A stretch of 64,000 nucleotides of DNA, from positions 1,567-65,566 of the forward strand of contig JACFNL010000008.1 in assembly GCA_019454875.1 (NCBI GenBank), read 5' to 3'. This DNA is from Candidatus Cloacimonadota bacterium. Lineage in GTDB: Bacteria > Muiribacteriota > UBA6191. The position numbers and the translations under genes are program-made. This document shows, one piece after another, positions 1-10,803 of this stretch (positions are counted from its first letter, which is position 1; every line of letters begins with the position of its first letter). The notes below the pieces were generated by a model that saw nothing but the letters and a program-made list of their open reading frames with translations, made no database searches and was not told the DNA's origin.

Positions 1-134
1 CTCATATAATTTTTCCTTTGTTGACAAAATTCTTCCCCCACCCGGGTGATTTGGCATCATTCTAAAACACAGAATTTCAATTGACCAAAAGATTTTTGAT
101 CGTCAGTAGGATATAATAACGAATATTTTACATT

Positions 135-1145
135 ATGATTCGAACCAACCTTTTTAAACTGATTGGCGAAGGCCTGGAAAAAATTGCGGATGCTGTAGAA
201 AACAAAGCTCCGGCCCAGGGTTCACACATCAAAAAGACCTCCTACTCCAGCCGTCCATCAGCTGAACCTTCTGTATCCTGGATTGACAGTCATGAGGAAA
301 AGACTGAGGCTTCTGAAGATGTTCTCAACAATAAGTCAAAAAATCGTTTTCACAGTGATTTTGTGGCCTTTGTCAGTTTTTTTCAGGATCTTCTAATAGA
401 TGAGGATCTGGCTTCAGAATCGTTTTCCGTATGTCCCACTGATGCCAATGAAATTGAGTTAAAAACCCGTAGCCGCAATGCGGATTTAATTCTAAATTAT
501 CATCAGTCTGTCTGTTCTGGTAAATTCAGGCTCAAAATCCGACCCATTGTCTCATTAGATCCGCGATTTTCCGATGAACTGACTCTGGATCTGCCTGATC
601 TTTTAAATTCGTTTCATCTTTCTCACAAGTTTGGTTATCGTCGCATTCGCTCCTTGATTCTCTGGATTCAAACCATGCTGGAAGAAATTCAGATTCTGCC
701 CAAAATCGACGAAACACAAATCAAACAGAATCGACAGCTTCTGATGCATAGCCTGAAGGAACTTCTGTCCGAGCGGGATTTTGGTATTATCGGGCCTACC
801 TACGGTCGTCACTATATTGAATTAAAACACTCCCGCTACAGCATCGAAATCAGCGAATATACAGACACCCTGGAACATGCCAGTCTAAGAATTGTTGGCA
901 TGCGCCATGTATCCCATTCCAAACGCCCTCAATCCAGAACCAGTAGCAGATACAGTTCACGACCAGACAATTTGTTAAGGTGTTTTCATATTCCTATTTT
1001 GCAGATGGTGCCCACACATCTGAATTTAAAAACACCGGATTACAACCGGGCCGAAGCTTTACTTAATCTTGTGCATCAGCTTGCAGAGGATATTCTGATT
1101 CGCGAGGCTGAACTGATGCAGAAAGTGACACCTATTTCCAGATAA
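135..1145 (+). CDS. hypothetical protein (336 aa)
   Basis: Long ORF with ATG at 135; no recognisable motif; charged/Ser-rich N-terminus. Confidence 0.5.
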   Translation: MIRTNLFKLIGEGLEKIADAVENKAPAQGSHIKKTSYSSRPSAEPSVSWIDSHEEKTEASEDVLNNKSKNRFHSDFVAFVSFFQDLLIDEDLASESFSVCPTDANEIELKTRSRNADLILNYHQSVCSGKFRLKIRPIVSLDPRFSDELTLDLPDLLNSFHLSHKFGYRRIRSLILWIQTMLEEIQILPKIDETQIKQNRQLLMHSLKELLSERDFGIIGPTYGRHYIELKHSRYSIEISEYTDTLEHASLRIVGMRHVSHSKRPQSRTSSRYSSRPDNLLRCFHIPILQMVPTHLNLKTPDYNRAEALLNLVHQLAEDILIREAELMQKVTPISR

Positions 1146-3138
1146 TCTGTATCAATCTGAGAAGAATCAGGATCAGAAACAGAGTCATTACCATAATCTC
1201 AAGCCGTCTTGGTGACAGTCTTTCCAACCAGTGCATCGGTCTGTCTAATCTAAAAATCAATCTGTGACCGATTTCCTCAAGGGCCGTTCGGACCTCCGTC
1301 CATTGCTGAGGTGAAATGATCTGGGGTTTTGTTCTCAGTTCAACCAGATATTCAATCCCACGATAACGATTTTTTTGACTTATGTTCAAATCAATACCAT
1401 GCACACTCATAGATAGCTGTTCTTCAACCACCCTAAAAGGATTCTGTTTCCCGTTTAAAAATACAAATTTTTGACGGATATGAATTGGAGCTACCAGCAT
1501 CGGAAGTTTTCTTGATTTTTCAGAAAAATTTTCCTGGATCCAGGACTGGATTTCATAGGCAATGATCTCAAGAAAATGCTGATTTCCCAATTGAGTCCAC
1601 AAAGTTTCAGTATTGTAGGTTTCCCTGCAGATCAAAACTGGTCTTCTGGGATCCTCATAAATTTCAAAACCTTTGGGTTCCAGTTCACACTCAAGGATCT
1701 TTTCCAGAAAACGACGGTAGTTTTCCGGAAGTTCCGAACCATTGGTCTGGGTTTCCTGGTGTACCTTGCCGCAGGCCGTACCGCGATACTCGGTCTTTAC
1801 TTTAACCCTGTGTTCCCCCTTGGCACGGAAATATAATTCAATTCGCGAATCAAGATGATATTCAAACTCGATTCTGTTGCCTGAATGCACCCACAAAACA
1901 TCGGGATGACCAATCAATAGAAGCTGGCGATTTGCCATATCCGCAATACACTTAGGATCCAGCTGATAGATGTCTGTAGGATCCACAAAAAACTGATCCG
2001 AATCTGTCTTTATGTATAAAAGACAATGATCAAAATAGAGGCCAGGAACAGGAGGGATTGTATCTCCAAGTTTTTTTGTATCCATCAGGGCTAACCAGGA
2101 TGTAAATCCAAGCCGCTTTAAAAGTACTAGCAGTAAAAAGGATTTATCCTTGCAGTCACCCCAGCGTTTGTAAAGTAAAGTATCTGGACTTCTGGGAAAA
2201 TAGCCTGATTGAGTAATGGCCACAGAAAAATAGTTGATTTTTTCCTTCACCCAGTCAATCACCTCAAAAAGTTTATCCTCAGAAGAAGCCTTGGAATCGA
2301 GAATTTTCTGTAAAGACTGGGGCATCAGATCATCAGAAATTGTGTCTTCGGTGGCTAAATAATCCTTCACCCAGTCACTGATCTGTGCCCAGTCTCTGGC
2401 TGTACTCATATAAAGACAGGGAACAAGTTCTGCATAAGAAAGGGTGTTTGCTTCAAACTTAGGCACTGGCTGGGGTTTGATATCCCACAAAATCTGTTTG
2501 CCGGAACTGGTCTCCTTCTCACTGCCTGGGGTATCACTAAAGGATTTGAAGTGTTCTTTTACATATTCATCTGCCAGGATCGCAAAAAAGTAAAGCCTGT
2601 CCACATCTTGGGTAACCAGGGCATAACCAGTAGAAAAAATATTATCCGTGATGGATAAATCCATATTGATGGAATAAGCCACATGAACCATGGCCCCAAT
2701 CTCCACATGGTTTAATATTGCCTGAACAGCCCACTCATTGGAAAGAATCTTTTTGTATTCATTGTCACCTACCTGATGAACCAGGACATCTTCAGCCAGG
2801 ACCCTGTACTCACGGCCTTTAACACAGACCTTGATCTCATGTATTTCAACGGATTCCAGAGGTGGGAAAAAATGAAATCTCAGATCCGCAGATCTCTCCA
2901 TTCCACCTTTATTCATAACCTTGTAGCAATATTCAACATACAGGGTAGCCGAAGACTTTTTTAGATGGGCAACCCGTAAAAGGTACGGGTAAGCCAGATC
3001 CAGATTTTTTTTGGAAGAAGGTTCCCGAACGGTAATGGGATAACCTTCCATATCCTGAAGCCAAGAAGGCTTGTCAGAATAAAATTTTACTCCGTGACGA
3101 ACAAATGGTTCAGCGCCTCCGATAGCGGGATTTTTCAT
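1132..3138 (-). CDS. transglutaminase-like domain protein (668 aa)
   Basis: Motif RWGDCKDKSFLLLVLLKRLGF matches the transglutaminase-like cysteine-protease core (G-x-C...F). Size and layout resemble DUF3857+TGase proteins. Confidence 0.55.
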   Translation of the reverse strand: MKNPAIGGAEPFVRHGVKFYSDKPSWLQDMEGYPITVREPSSKKNLDLAYPYLLRVAHLKKSSATLYVEYCYKVMNKGGMERSADLRFHFFPPLESVEIHEIKVCVKGREYRVLAEDVLVHQVGDNEYKKILSNEWAVQAILNHVEIGAMVHVAYSINMDLSITDNIFSTGYALVTQDVDRLYFFAILADEYVKEHFKSFSDTPGSEKETSSGKQILWDIKPQPVPKFEANTLSYAELVPCLYMSTARDWAQISDWVKDYLATEDTISDDLMPQSLQKILDSKASSEDKLFEVIDWVKEKINYFSVAITQSGYFPRSPDTLLYKRWGDCKDKSFLLLVLLKRLGFTSWLALMDTKKLGDTIPPVPGLYFDHCLLYIKTDSDQFFVDPTDIYQLDPKCIADMANRQLLLIGHPDVLWVHSGNRIEFEYHLDSRIELYFRAKGEHRVKVKTEYRGTACGKVHQETQTNGSELPENYRRFLEKILECELEPKGFEIYEDPRRPVLICRETYNTETLWTQLGNQHFLEIIAYEIQSWIQENFSEKSRKLPMLVAPIHIRQKFVFLNGKQNPFRVVEEQLSMSVHGIDLNISQKNRYRGIEYLVELRTKPQIISPQQWTEVRTALEEIGHRLIFRLDRPMHWLERLSPRRLEIMVMTLFLILILLRLIQIIWK

Positions 3139-3451
3139 GATATTTCCTTGGATGGCATCTAATGCTGATTACACGGTGACATTCTGCCTGAACTGTTTCA
3201 TCCTGAACAAACCTGAGATTGCTGTTATGAAAAACTGATTTCCTGGCCTCCTTTAATGGGGAGGATTCAAACCAGACAGGCAATGGCTGAATTTCATGAT
3301 ACAACATTGCATGAGGTTGAAACGGAGACTGTTTCAGAATGACCCTTTCCTGGGATGGAGTGGACTGTTTTACGGCCTTTATACTGTTCACTACACTTAT
3401 AAAACACATAAAATAAAAAACCGATCTGACCCACCGTAAAACAAACCTGAA

Positions 3452-3943
3452 TTGCATATGATATACTCCCCTATCATGGTTAAACCTGTTATCGTCGCAA
3501 TAGCCGATTCCGCCGAAGTTTCCCGAACCTGGATGCTGACCACAAAAGACGCATTGTGTACCAGTTTTGAAGTCCTTGGTGCAGATGATATGGATTCTTT
3601 GGTGCAAAGGCTGAGTACACATGCCGTTGAGGCTATTGTTATGGCAGTCACTGCTGGTACAGGGGCGGGTTATGACTGGCTTGAAGTTTTAAGACAGGAT
3701 CCAAACTATGATGATATTCCTATCCTGGTTCTTTTGAATGAATATGCTCTTGCCTCACAAAGCACCCTTTTGCGCTTAGGGGCCGACTGGATTCATGTGT
3801 ATGAAGAATCTGAGAGTTTTGCACCCACCGTTCTTGAAGTTTTAAAAAAGCAGCTCAGTGACATAGAATTTGTCAAAAAAGTCCGGGAACGGGTAGCTAG
3901 GCGCGGAATATCCATCGAAATTATTTCAGATAAGGTTATCTAG
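3452..3943 (+). CDS. degenerate receiver (pseudo-REC)-like protein
   Basis: Alternating beta/alpha pattern of a response-regulator receiver (VIVAIADS ... AIVMAV ... ILVLLNEY) but the phospho-acceptor Asp and conserved Lys appear substituted. True start may be the internal ATG giving MVKPV. Confidence 0.4.
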   Translation: MHMIYSPIMVKPVIVAIADSAEVSRTWMLTTKDALCTSFEVLGADDMDSLVQRLSTHAVEAIVMAVTAGTGAGYDWLEVLRQDPNYDDIPILVLLNEYALASQSTLLRLGADWIHVYEESESFAPTVLEVLKKQLSDIEFVKKVRERVARRGISIEIISDKVI

Positions 3944-3945
3944 CA

Positions 3946-5313
3946 CTAACAGTGAGTTGTTGCCAGTCCTCCTAGACTGGTTTCCTTGTATTTATCAGAC
4001 ATATCTGTACCAGTTTCTCTTAAAGTATCCACACAGCGATCAAAACTGATTAGATGATCCCCATCACCTAGAAGAGCTAGATTGGCTGAGTTAATCGCCG
4101 TACCTGCCGCGATGGCATTTCTTTCAATACAGGGTACCTGCACAAGTCCCATAACCGGATCACAGGTGAGTCCTAGATGGTGTTCTAAAGCTGCCTCAGC
4201 CGCTGATTCAATCTGGGAGTTGGTACCCCCACTTAAAAAGCAGGCGGCAGCCGAGGCCATGGCACAGGCCGTACCTACCTCACCCTGACAGCCAACCTCA
4301 GCACCGCTGATACTGGCTCGATCCACAACAATATTGCCAAACAGTGAGGCAACTAACAAGGATTCCGCAATCAGTTCCTCAGAAAGTTTTAACTCCTCCC
4401 ACAACATATAAAGAACCCCGGGGACCACACCACATGCTCCACAGGTCGGAGCTGTTACAATCCGGCCACCCGAGGCATTTTCCTCAGACACGGCCAGAGC
4501 ATAGATGTTTGCCTTTGCCAGTGTAGGAATAGCTTTTTGTAACTGAGAAGAACGATTCATGTAACGATCTCTTGTCCTTTTTGCCCTGCGTCTCACATTG
4601 AGCTTGCCGGGGAGATGCCCCTCCTGTTGCAGTCCATTTTCAACCGCAGCTTTCATGACATTCCAAAGGTAAAGAAGTTTGGCCTTGATTTCCTCTCTCT
4701 CAATTTTTAGGTAGCACTCCTCCTGGGCATAAGCAAAATCCAGAAGACTTAAAGAATGTTCCTGGCAATATTTTAAAATGGCATTGCTACTGAGTTTTTC
4801 TCCCACATTTCTGGAACCAGCCGGTTTTACAGAATCTGCCAATAACCAGGCCCCTCCCCCAATTGAGCAGCATTCCTTATCAAGAATCAGTTTCCCATCT
4901 GCATCATAGGCATAAAAATGAGCCGTATTTGGGTGCCTTAATCCAGTGAGAACCTTATCAAACTTGACGAGATTATCCGCACCTCCACTCAAAAAGCGTT
5001 CCCCAAGGAAAAATCCATGGTTTCTTTCCACCTCCAGGGTTGCCCCCTGAATTTTTTCGATATCAGAAAGCACCGGATCAAATCCTAGAAGGCCTGCTAT
5101 CACGGCATTTGGGGTTAAGTGACCTTCACCGGTCAATGCCAGACTGCCCTTTAAAATCACTTCAATTTTATGCACTGGCAGTTCAAGCTCAAGCAGGCGG
5201 TTTCTAAAGCTTTGCGCCATACGCATAGGTCCCAATGTATGGGAAGAAGAAGGCCCGATTCCAATTTTTAAAAGATCAAATGCACTTTGCTTAATTAATA
5301 ATTCCATAGGCAA
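3946..5313 (-). CDS. sdaA: L-serine dehydratase, Fe-S dependent (single-chain alpha+beta)
   Basis: N-terminal IGIGPSSSHTLGPMRMA, central CGACGVVPG Cys cluster; 455 aa typical of SdaA. Confidence 0.85.
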   Translation of the reverse strand: MPMELLIKQSAFDLLKIGIGPSSSHTLGPMRMAQSFRNRLLELELPVHKIEVILKGSLALTGEGHLTPNAVIAGLLGFDPVLSDIEKIQGATLEVERNHGFFLGERFLSGGADNLVKFDKVLTGLRHPNTAHFYAYDADGKLILDKECCSIGGGAWLLADSVKPAGSRNVGEKLSSNAILKYCQEHSLSLLDFAYAQEECYLKIEREEIKAKLLYLWNVMKAAVENGLQQEGHLPGKLNVRRRAKRTRDRYMNRSSQLQKAIPTLAKANIYALAVSEENASGGRIVTAPTCGACGVVPGVLYMLWEELKLSEELIAESLLVASLFGNIVVDRASISGAEVGCQGEVGTACAMASAAACFLSGGTNSQIESAAEAALEHHLGLTCDPVMGLVQVPCIERNAIAAGTAINSANLALLGDGDHLISFDRCVDTLRETGTDMSDKYKETSLGGLATTHC

Positions 5314-5353
5314 TCAGCATACCATCAAATATAATGTCCTTGGGAATGGAGTT

Positions 5354-6031
5354 ATGCTGAATCTAGTCACCGATGAAGACAAATCCGTGTCATTAATGAG
5401 TCTTAGTGAATTGCTGGCATGGGAAAACAGAATGTTTTATCTAAATCAGACCTTGAGTTACCCTTTGTATCTCAAAGAGGTGACACAGTATCTACGACAG
5501 GTTTTAGCCGAAGACAAATTCAGTTTTCTTGAAGCCTGTCTGAAACAAAGACCCAGAAAAATTGCTGTGTATCCCGGTTCCTTTGACCCCTTTCACAAGG
5601 GACATTTAAGCATTTTATTAAAGGCCGAGGCCCTGTTTGACAAGGTAGTGATTGCCGTTGGAATCAATCCGCAAAAGATGGCTTCAGAAGCTGACTTTAG
5701 AGTGCAGAACCTCAAGGAGATTTTAAAGGATCGGGAAGTACTGGGTTATCAGGGTTACCTCACTGATTTTTTGGCTACCCTTCAATATGAAACCACAATC
5801 ATTCGGGGACTTAGAAATGGTTATGATCTGGAATATGAGTTAAACCAGTTAAGATTTATTGAGGATATGAGCCAAAAGGATATCAACCTGTGTTTTATTC
5901 CCTGCGATCGTGAGTTTTCCTATCTTTCGAGCACAGCTTTACGCAATATGCAAAAAATCGCCGGGGAAAAGGAAAAACTCTACCTGCCTAAATCATTTAG
6001 AGACAAGGGCATCAGGGAAAAAATTTCGTAA
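5354..6031 (+). CDS. coaD: phosphopantetheine adenylyltransferase with ~70-aa N-terminal extension
   Basis: VYPGSFDPFHKGHLSIL (T/HxGH nucleotidyltransferase motif), VIAVGINPQK, IIRGLRNGYDLEYE, YLSSTALRNM all match CoaD signatures. The core is preceded by an extra ~70 residues. Confidence 0.75.
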   Translation: MLNLVTDEDKSVSLMSLSELLAWENRMFYLNQTLSYPLYLKEVTQYLRQVLAEDKFSFLEACLKQRPRKIAVYPGSFDPFHKGHLSILLKAEALFDKVVIAVGINPQKMASEADFRVQNLKEILKDREVLGYQGYLTDFLATLQYETTIIRGLRNGYDLEYELNQLRFIEDMSQKDINLCFIPCDREFSYLSSTALRNMQKIAGEKEKLYLPKSFRDKGIREKIS

Positions 6032-6522
6032 CTTCTTTGGCTTACTTGGCCACGATAGTACCCTAATCCCGTTCTGGTGCGGATTTTACTGCCAAAGCAG
6101 CCCAACAGATAAAGGCTAAGCTCGTTTTCACTATCAGCCTCGGCAAGAATCCTGGATTTAGTGTTTAAAAGAAGTGTCCTTAAACTACGATTCATGTACC
6201 CCTGTCCTAAAAAGTCTGAAAATGTCATAAACTCAAGCCAGAGATCCTCAGTATCCTGATGAAGTATCAGCCAGGTTGCAAGTCCCTGAGTGGTGTCCCA
6301 GACCAGAGTTGGATTTTCTTTAAGGTATGTACTCAAAACATCCTTTAAACTCATCTGCCTCGCAGTGGGTAAATACTGATCAATATGGGGTGAATTTTTA
6401 AGTGCCTCAAGCAGTGGATTCAGATCCTCAGATCTTACTGGTCTTAAACCAGATTGGGGAAAATTTATGGGGTTGATGGTGTGATTTTTCCTGAATTGAT
6501 CTACAATTTGCATCCATGTCAT
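5980..6522 (-). CDS. GNAT-family acetyltransferase-like protein (180 aa)
   Basis: N-terminal RPVRSEDLNPLLE and LGQGYMNRSLRTLL resemble GNAT motifs; overlaps the coaD 3' end by ~50 bp (true stop/start uncertain). Confidence 0.4.
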   Translation of the reverse strand: MTWMQIVDQFRKNHTINPINFPQSGLRPVRSEDLNPLLEALKNSPHIDQYLPTARQMSLKDVLSTYLKENPTLVWDTTQGLATWLILHQDTEDLWLEFMTFSDFLGQGYMNRSLRTLLLNTKSRILAEADSENELSLYLLGCFGSKIRTRTGLGYYRGQVSQRSYEIFSLMPLSLNDLGR

Positions 6523-6565
6523 GCAAACATTTTAATCGAACTCTTAATACAGGCAAGTCAGGATT

Positions 6566-9217
6566 ATGAATCTGAGCGATCTTTTAAACGAACATCCTGT
6601 GCTTGAGCTGGATCTTTTTAATCTGTTAAGAGTCAATTTTCAGGAAGTCTGCAAGTTTGTTTCCTTACGAATCTATGATAATGAGGCTAAGATTTTATTG
6701 CAGGAGGGTGAAGAAACTCCGGTACTGGATGTGTCAGGACTGCAACAGATTGCCGCAAAAGAGTATGAAACAACCAAAGACCAGATGCTTCACTGGGTCC
6801 ACCTTTTAATTATCAACTCAGTGCATGAGGGTTATATAGAAGTCCTCTGTGCAAACCTCGAAAGCCCGGGACAAGACCTACTCCTGATTGCAAAAAGTTT
6901 GAGGCTTGCCGTACTTTCCCGCATACAGATTTGTGAAAAATCACTGGCTTTGGACAACTATCAGACCAGACTTAGACATCAGTCCAATCAACTGTCCAGG
7001 ATTCAGGACAACTTTGAAGTTATGTCAGAACAGAACCTGAGTAAAAATCGTGAACTGGAACGATTGTTTGAAGAAAAGTCTGAACTTTTGAATCAGGTAT
7101 TACAAAGAGCCAGAATGCTTGATCTGCTTCAGGATGTGAACTATCAGAATGAGGCGGAATTTTTATCCCGTTGCTGCTCGATTATCAGTGAACATCTGCA
7201 TGCAGCCAGTAGTCTTATATGGATGCTTGATAGGGATAATCAGCGCCTTTTAGTCGTTTATGCAGATGGGGTGCAGGCAGAACATGAAATCACTCAGGAT
7301 CTGGTATCCGGAGTTGTGGGCCGCTGTTTTCAGCTCAAGGAGTCCTTGTATTCCAACGGCCCGGATTTACAGGAGGCACTACCAGCTGGAATTCGTGTGC
7401 CCAATCAGGATGGAACCATTCAATCCGTACTGGTTACCCCCATTGAGTTTCGTCAGGAAGCCATTGGGGTATTGCAGATATTTAACAAGTCCAGAGGTTT
7501 TGAGGCAGATGATCTAAAAATCGCCTCTGATATTGCCCGCTCCCTGACCAGTCACCTGAACATTCACAAACTGATTTCTTCCCAGATTGCGGCTAAAATG
7601 GAGCTTGAATCCCTTCTTGCTACCATTCCTGATGTGGTTTACAAAATTGATCCCAATGGAATGATTCGTTATCTCAGTCCAGCTATTGAGACTTTTGGAT
7701 ATAAAGTCAGTGACCTGGTCGGCAAACATTTTGACAATTTTATCCGCACCGAGACCTATCCATCCATCAGTCGTCCTACTGCTCTTGAAAACTCCAGGCC
7801 CGGAAGCCAGATTCATCTGTTTGATGAACGAAGAACAGGGCCAAGGGCTACCAAAGGTCTTGAAATCCAGATCAAACCGGGGCCCAATTTAAAACACAAT
7901 AGCCAGATTTATGGGGAAGTGAACAGTTCGGGATATTGGCAGAACTCCATCCGTAACACTCCTGAATTTCGAGGAAGTATCGGGATCATTCGTGATATTA
8001 CCAATCGTAAGGCGGCAGAAAGCAGCCTCGTTCGGGTTCGTGAAGACAAGGCAAAGCTCGAGGCCCAGCTGCTACAGCTTCAAAAGATGGAGATCATCGG
8101 AACCCTCGCTGGTGGTATAGCCCATGATTTTAACAATATTTTGCAGCCCATTTTAGGCTATACCTATCTTCTATTACAGGCTACCACTCCTGAATCCAAT
8201 AATTATGGATACCTTAACAATATCTGGACAGCGGCCAACCGGGCCAGGGATCTGGTAAAACAGATTTTGACCTTAAGCCGTCAGGCAGAATTTCAAAGAA
8301 CTCCTTTTGATTTGAAAACCATTATCAATGAGGTAGTACAGCTGATTCGCGCTTCTTCCACCCCTGATATCAGCTTTCGGGTCAACCTTGCACCTGTACC
8401 CCTTGTCATTTTGGGGGACCCTTCCCAGATCCACCAGGTACTGATGAATTTGTGTACCAATGCATGCCATGCCATGATCGATTGTGGGGGAACTCTGGAA
8501 ATATCTGCCGATGTCGTCAATGCCAGCCCACAGACAATCAAGGGTCTGCCGGGATTTCATGAAGCCCCCCATATCCGCCTTCTGGTTCGCGATGAAGGGC
8601 ACGGTATGGACAAGGTTACCCAGGAAAGAATTTTTGAACCATTTTTCACCACCAAAAAACCTGGTGAGGGCACGGGCCTTGGGTTGTCTGTTGTTCATGG
8701 AATAGTAGCCAACCATTCCGGCCTGATTCAGGTACAAAGTGTACAGAATACCGGAACAACCTTTACAGTCTATATTCCCTGCCATATGGAATCTGTGGAA
8801 AATCCTAGCCAGATGAAACGGACACAGATACAGGAACGAGGCAAAATTCTATTTGTTGACGATGAGGAAATTATCACTCAGTTAGGCAAGGATGTGCTGG
8901 AACGATTTGGTTATGAGGTAGATATAACTACTGATTCTTTGGAAGCATTAAAACGAATTAAAGATAACCCCAGCCACTATGACCTATTGATAACCGATAA
9001 TTTTATGCCCAATCTGACAGGCATTGCATTGGTTGAATCTGTACGATCCATCAATCCTGATTTACCTGTTATTTTAACAACAGGTAACGATTTGCGGGGT
9101 ACTTCCAACAAACTGTCACAGTACCCCAAAACCGCATATCTTTTTAAACCGATCAGCTCCGATGAAATGTATCAGGCTATTCAAAGCCTCTTAAAACCTC
9201 AACGGGAAGGACGATAG
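6566..9217 (+). CDS. hybrid sensor histidine kinase (coiled-coil, GAF, PAS, HisKA, HATPase, C-terminal receiver); no TM segments
   Basis: H-box [16 protein letters not shown]-box [11 protein letters not shown], receiver ILFVDDEE...[10 protein letters not shown]...LFKP. Upstream are a GAF-like region and a PAS-like region ([18 protein letters not shown]). Confidence 0.85.
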   Translation: MNLSDLLNEHPVLELDLFNLLRVNFQEVCKFVSLRIYDNEAKILLQEGEETPVLDVSGLQQIAAKEYETTKDQMLHWVHLLIINSVHEGYIEVLCANLESPGQDLLLIAKSLRLAVLSRIQICEKSLALDNYQTRLRHQSNQLSRIQDNFEVMSEQNLSKNRELERLFEEKSELLNQVLQRARMLDLLQDVNYQNEAEFLSRCCSIISEHLHAASSLIWMLDRDNQRLLVVYADGVQAEHEITQDLVSGVVGRCFQLKESLYSNGPDLQEALPAGIRVPNQDGTIQSVLVTPIEFRQEAIGVLQIFNKSRGFEADDLKIASDIARSLTSHLNIHKLISSQIAAKMELESLLATIPDVVYKIDPNGMIRYLSPAIETFGYKVSDLVGKHFDNFIRTETYPSISRPTALENSRPGSQIHLFDERRTGPRATKGLEIQIKPGPNLKHNSQIYGEVNSSGYWQNSIRNTPEFRGSIGIIRDITNRKAAESSLVRVREDKAKLEAQLLQLQKMEIIGTLAGGIAHDFNNILQPILGYTYLLLQATTPESNNYGYLNNIWTAANRARDLVKQILTLSRQAEFQRTPFDLKTIINEVVQLIRASSTPDISFRVNLAPVPLVILGDPSQIHQVLMNLCTNACHAMIDCGGTLEISADVVNASPQTIKGLPGFHEAPHIRLLVRDEGHGMDKVTQERIFEPFFTTKKPGEGTGLGLSVVHGIVANHSGLIQVQSVQNTGTTFTVYIPCHMESVENPSQMKRTQIQERGKILFVDDEEIITQLGKDVLERFGYEVDITTDSLEALKRIKDNPSHYDLLITDNFMPNLTGIALVESVRSINPDLPVILTTGNDLRGTSNKLSQYPKTAYLFKPISSDEMYQAIQSLLKPQREGR

Positions 9218-10803
9218 TCAAGAAGCCTTGAGTCAAAGCGAATACCCTGGGCTTCTGCCTGACGAACTCTTGAAAAATAGGCCGCACCATGAAGAATGGC
9301 CTCAGCCACTACCGAGGCATTTCGGCTTTGTGGTTCGGAAAGATATGTCCCTTTTACCCAGTCATTAAAAGCTCCCATAGCTGGGCCGGCCCAAATCTGA
9401 TAGTCCATTTCCCGGCCCTTTTCCCCTGAGTTTGCCCAGCGGGAAGACAATCCAAGATACCAGCGAAAAACCAATGCCATTTTTTGTTTAGGATCGGCCT
9501 CTGCCATGTGAACCTGTTCAGGATCCCGGCTTAAAAAATAAGCTCTTGTATCGGTCCAGATCTGTTCCAGACTTCTTCTAAAAATCTGGGTCTCCAGACG
9601 GCTTTTTTCGTCTTGTGGAATAGATTCGAGGCTAGGATAGGTACGATATATCTCATAAAGTTTCTGAGCACGCATGGGAAAGAGGGTCCCCCGCTTTAAA
9701 ACCTGTAGCTTAACACCCATTTCAAACATATCCGCAGCCGGAGCCATTGCTACATCCGCCATTTCTGCCTGAGCCAGAACTTTCCTTACATGATCACAGG
9801 ATCCTGATTCCACACAGGCCTGATTTACGGAGCCGGTCACGATAAACGAAGCTCCCATCATATAAGCACCAAGGGCGGACAAAGGTGTTGAAATTCCTCC
9901 CCCTGCCCCTACCCGAAGCGGAGGAGAATAGTGGAATTCAGCCTGAATCTCGTCCCTAAGGCCCAGAATCGAAGGTAAAAGACAGGGTAGTGGACGATTG
10001 TCCGTGTGTCCCCCAGAATCAGCTTCAACAATGATGTCATCACACATAGGTACACTCTTGGCCATTTCCATCTGTTCTTTTGTGATTTGATTGGCCAAAA
10101 GAAGCTTCTCTAAAAACTTAAGCGGGGCGGGACGCATAAACTTGGATGCCACTTCCCGGCGCGAAATTTTGGCAATCACGCGATTGCCTGTTTCAATGGT
10201 GTTATCCGATCTTCGTTTTAAACCGGCCACACGATACCGTACAATATGTTCAGTCAAATCAAGAAAAGCCGAGGCCTCTACTGTTTTTACCCCATACTTC
10301 AAATAAAGATCCACAGCCCCTCTCTCCAATGCTTCCTCACTTGGAGAGTGGATCAGATTAAAGGCATACGGTCCATTGGGCAGTTCTTTCTGAATCCTGT
10401 GAATTGCCTGTTCAACCCGGGAAGGAACTAGACCTGCTGCTCCAAAAGATGCAAGATACCCAGACTTGCCAAGTGCAATCACTAGCTCTTCACTTGCAAT
10501 TCCATTGGCCATAGCTCCCGCCATATAAGCTGCTTTCACCCCGTGAGCCTTCAAAAACTCAGGATCACCAAGGCGGCTGATATCCTGGGCGGGAATCCTG
10601 GCCAGGATTTCAAATCCTAGACCTTCTGTATTGATTTTCCCATCCTGATAAATGACTGGACCGTCCTTACCTAAGACCACAAATAAGGGTTGAGACAGAT
10701 TAGACAAGGCTTTGCGAATTTCGGCCTCGGATACAATCGGATGCTGTTCACTATTGGAAAGCCATAACTTCTGGGACGAAGCCCAAGCTGTAGTTGATAT
10801 CAT
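9199..10803 (-). CDS. PfaD-family enoyl-reductase-like protein (FMN-dependent, NMO/2-nitropropane dioxygenase fold)
   Basis: AAYMAGAMANGIASEELVIALGKSGYLASFGAAGL is the signature stretch of PfaD / trans-AT PKS enoyl reductases. 534 aa fits PfaD (~540 aa), not the short NMO (~330 aa). Confidence 0.75.
   Translation of the reverse strand: MISTTAWASSQKLWLSNSEQHPIVSEAEIRKALSNLSQPLFVVLGKDGPVIYQDGKINTEGLGFEILARIPAQDISRLGDPEFLKAHGVKAAYMAGAMANGIASEELVIALGKSGYLASFGAAGLVPSRVEQAIHRIQKELPNGPYAFNLIHSPSEEALERGAVDLYLKYGVKTVEASAFLDLTEHIVRYRVAGLKRRSDNTIETGNRVIAKISRREVASKFMRPAPLKFLEKLLLANQITKEQMEMAKSVPMCDDIIVEADSGGHTDNRPLPCLLPSILGLRDEIQAEFHYSPPLRVGAGGGISTPLSALGAYMMGASFIVTGSVNQACVESGSCDHVRKVLAQAEMADVAMAPAADMFEMGVKLQVLKRGTLFPMRAQKLYEIYRTYPSLESIPQDEKSRLETQIFRRSLEQIWTDTRAYFLSRDPEQVHMAEADPKQKMALVFRWYLGLSSRWANSGEKGREMDYQIWAGPAMGAFNDWVKGTYLSEPQSRNASVVAEAILHGAAYFSRVRQAEAQGIRFDSRLLDYRPSR

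Noticed and set aside
1-134. Possible promoter elements (TTGACA at 21-26, TTGACC at 81-86, TATAAT at 112-117) upstream of the first ORF
   Set aside because: No -35/-10 pair has acceptable 16-19 bp spacing, so no promoter call is made.
3110-3622. 170-aa minus-strand ORF spanning the divergent intergenic region
   Set aside because: It overlaps the start of the transglutaminase-like gene and the receiver-like gene. The sequence is low-complexity with no motifs, and the region is more plausibly a divergent promoter.
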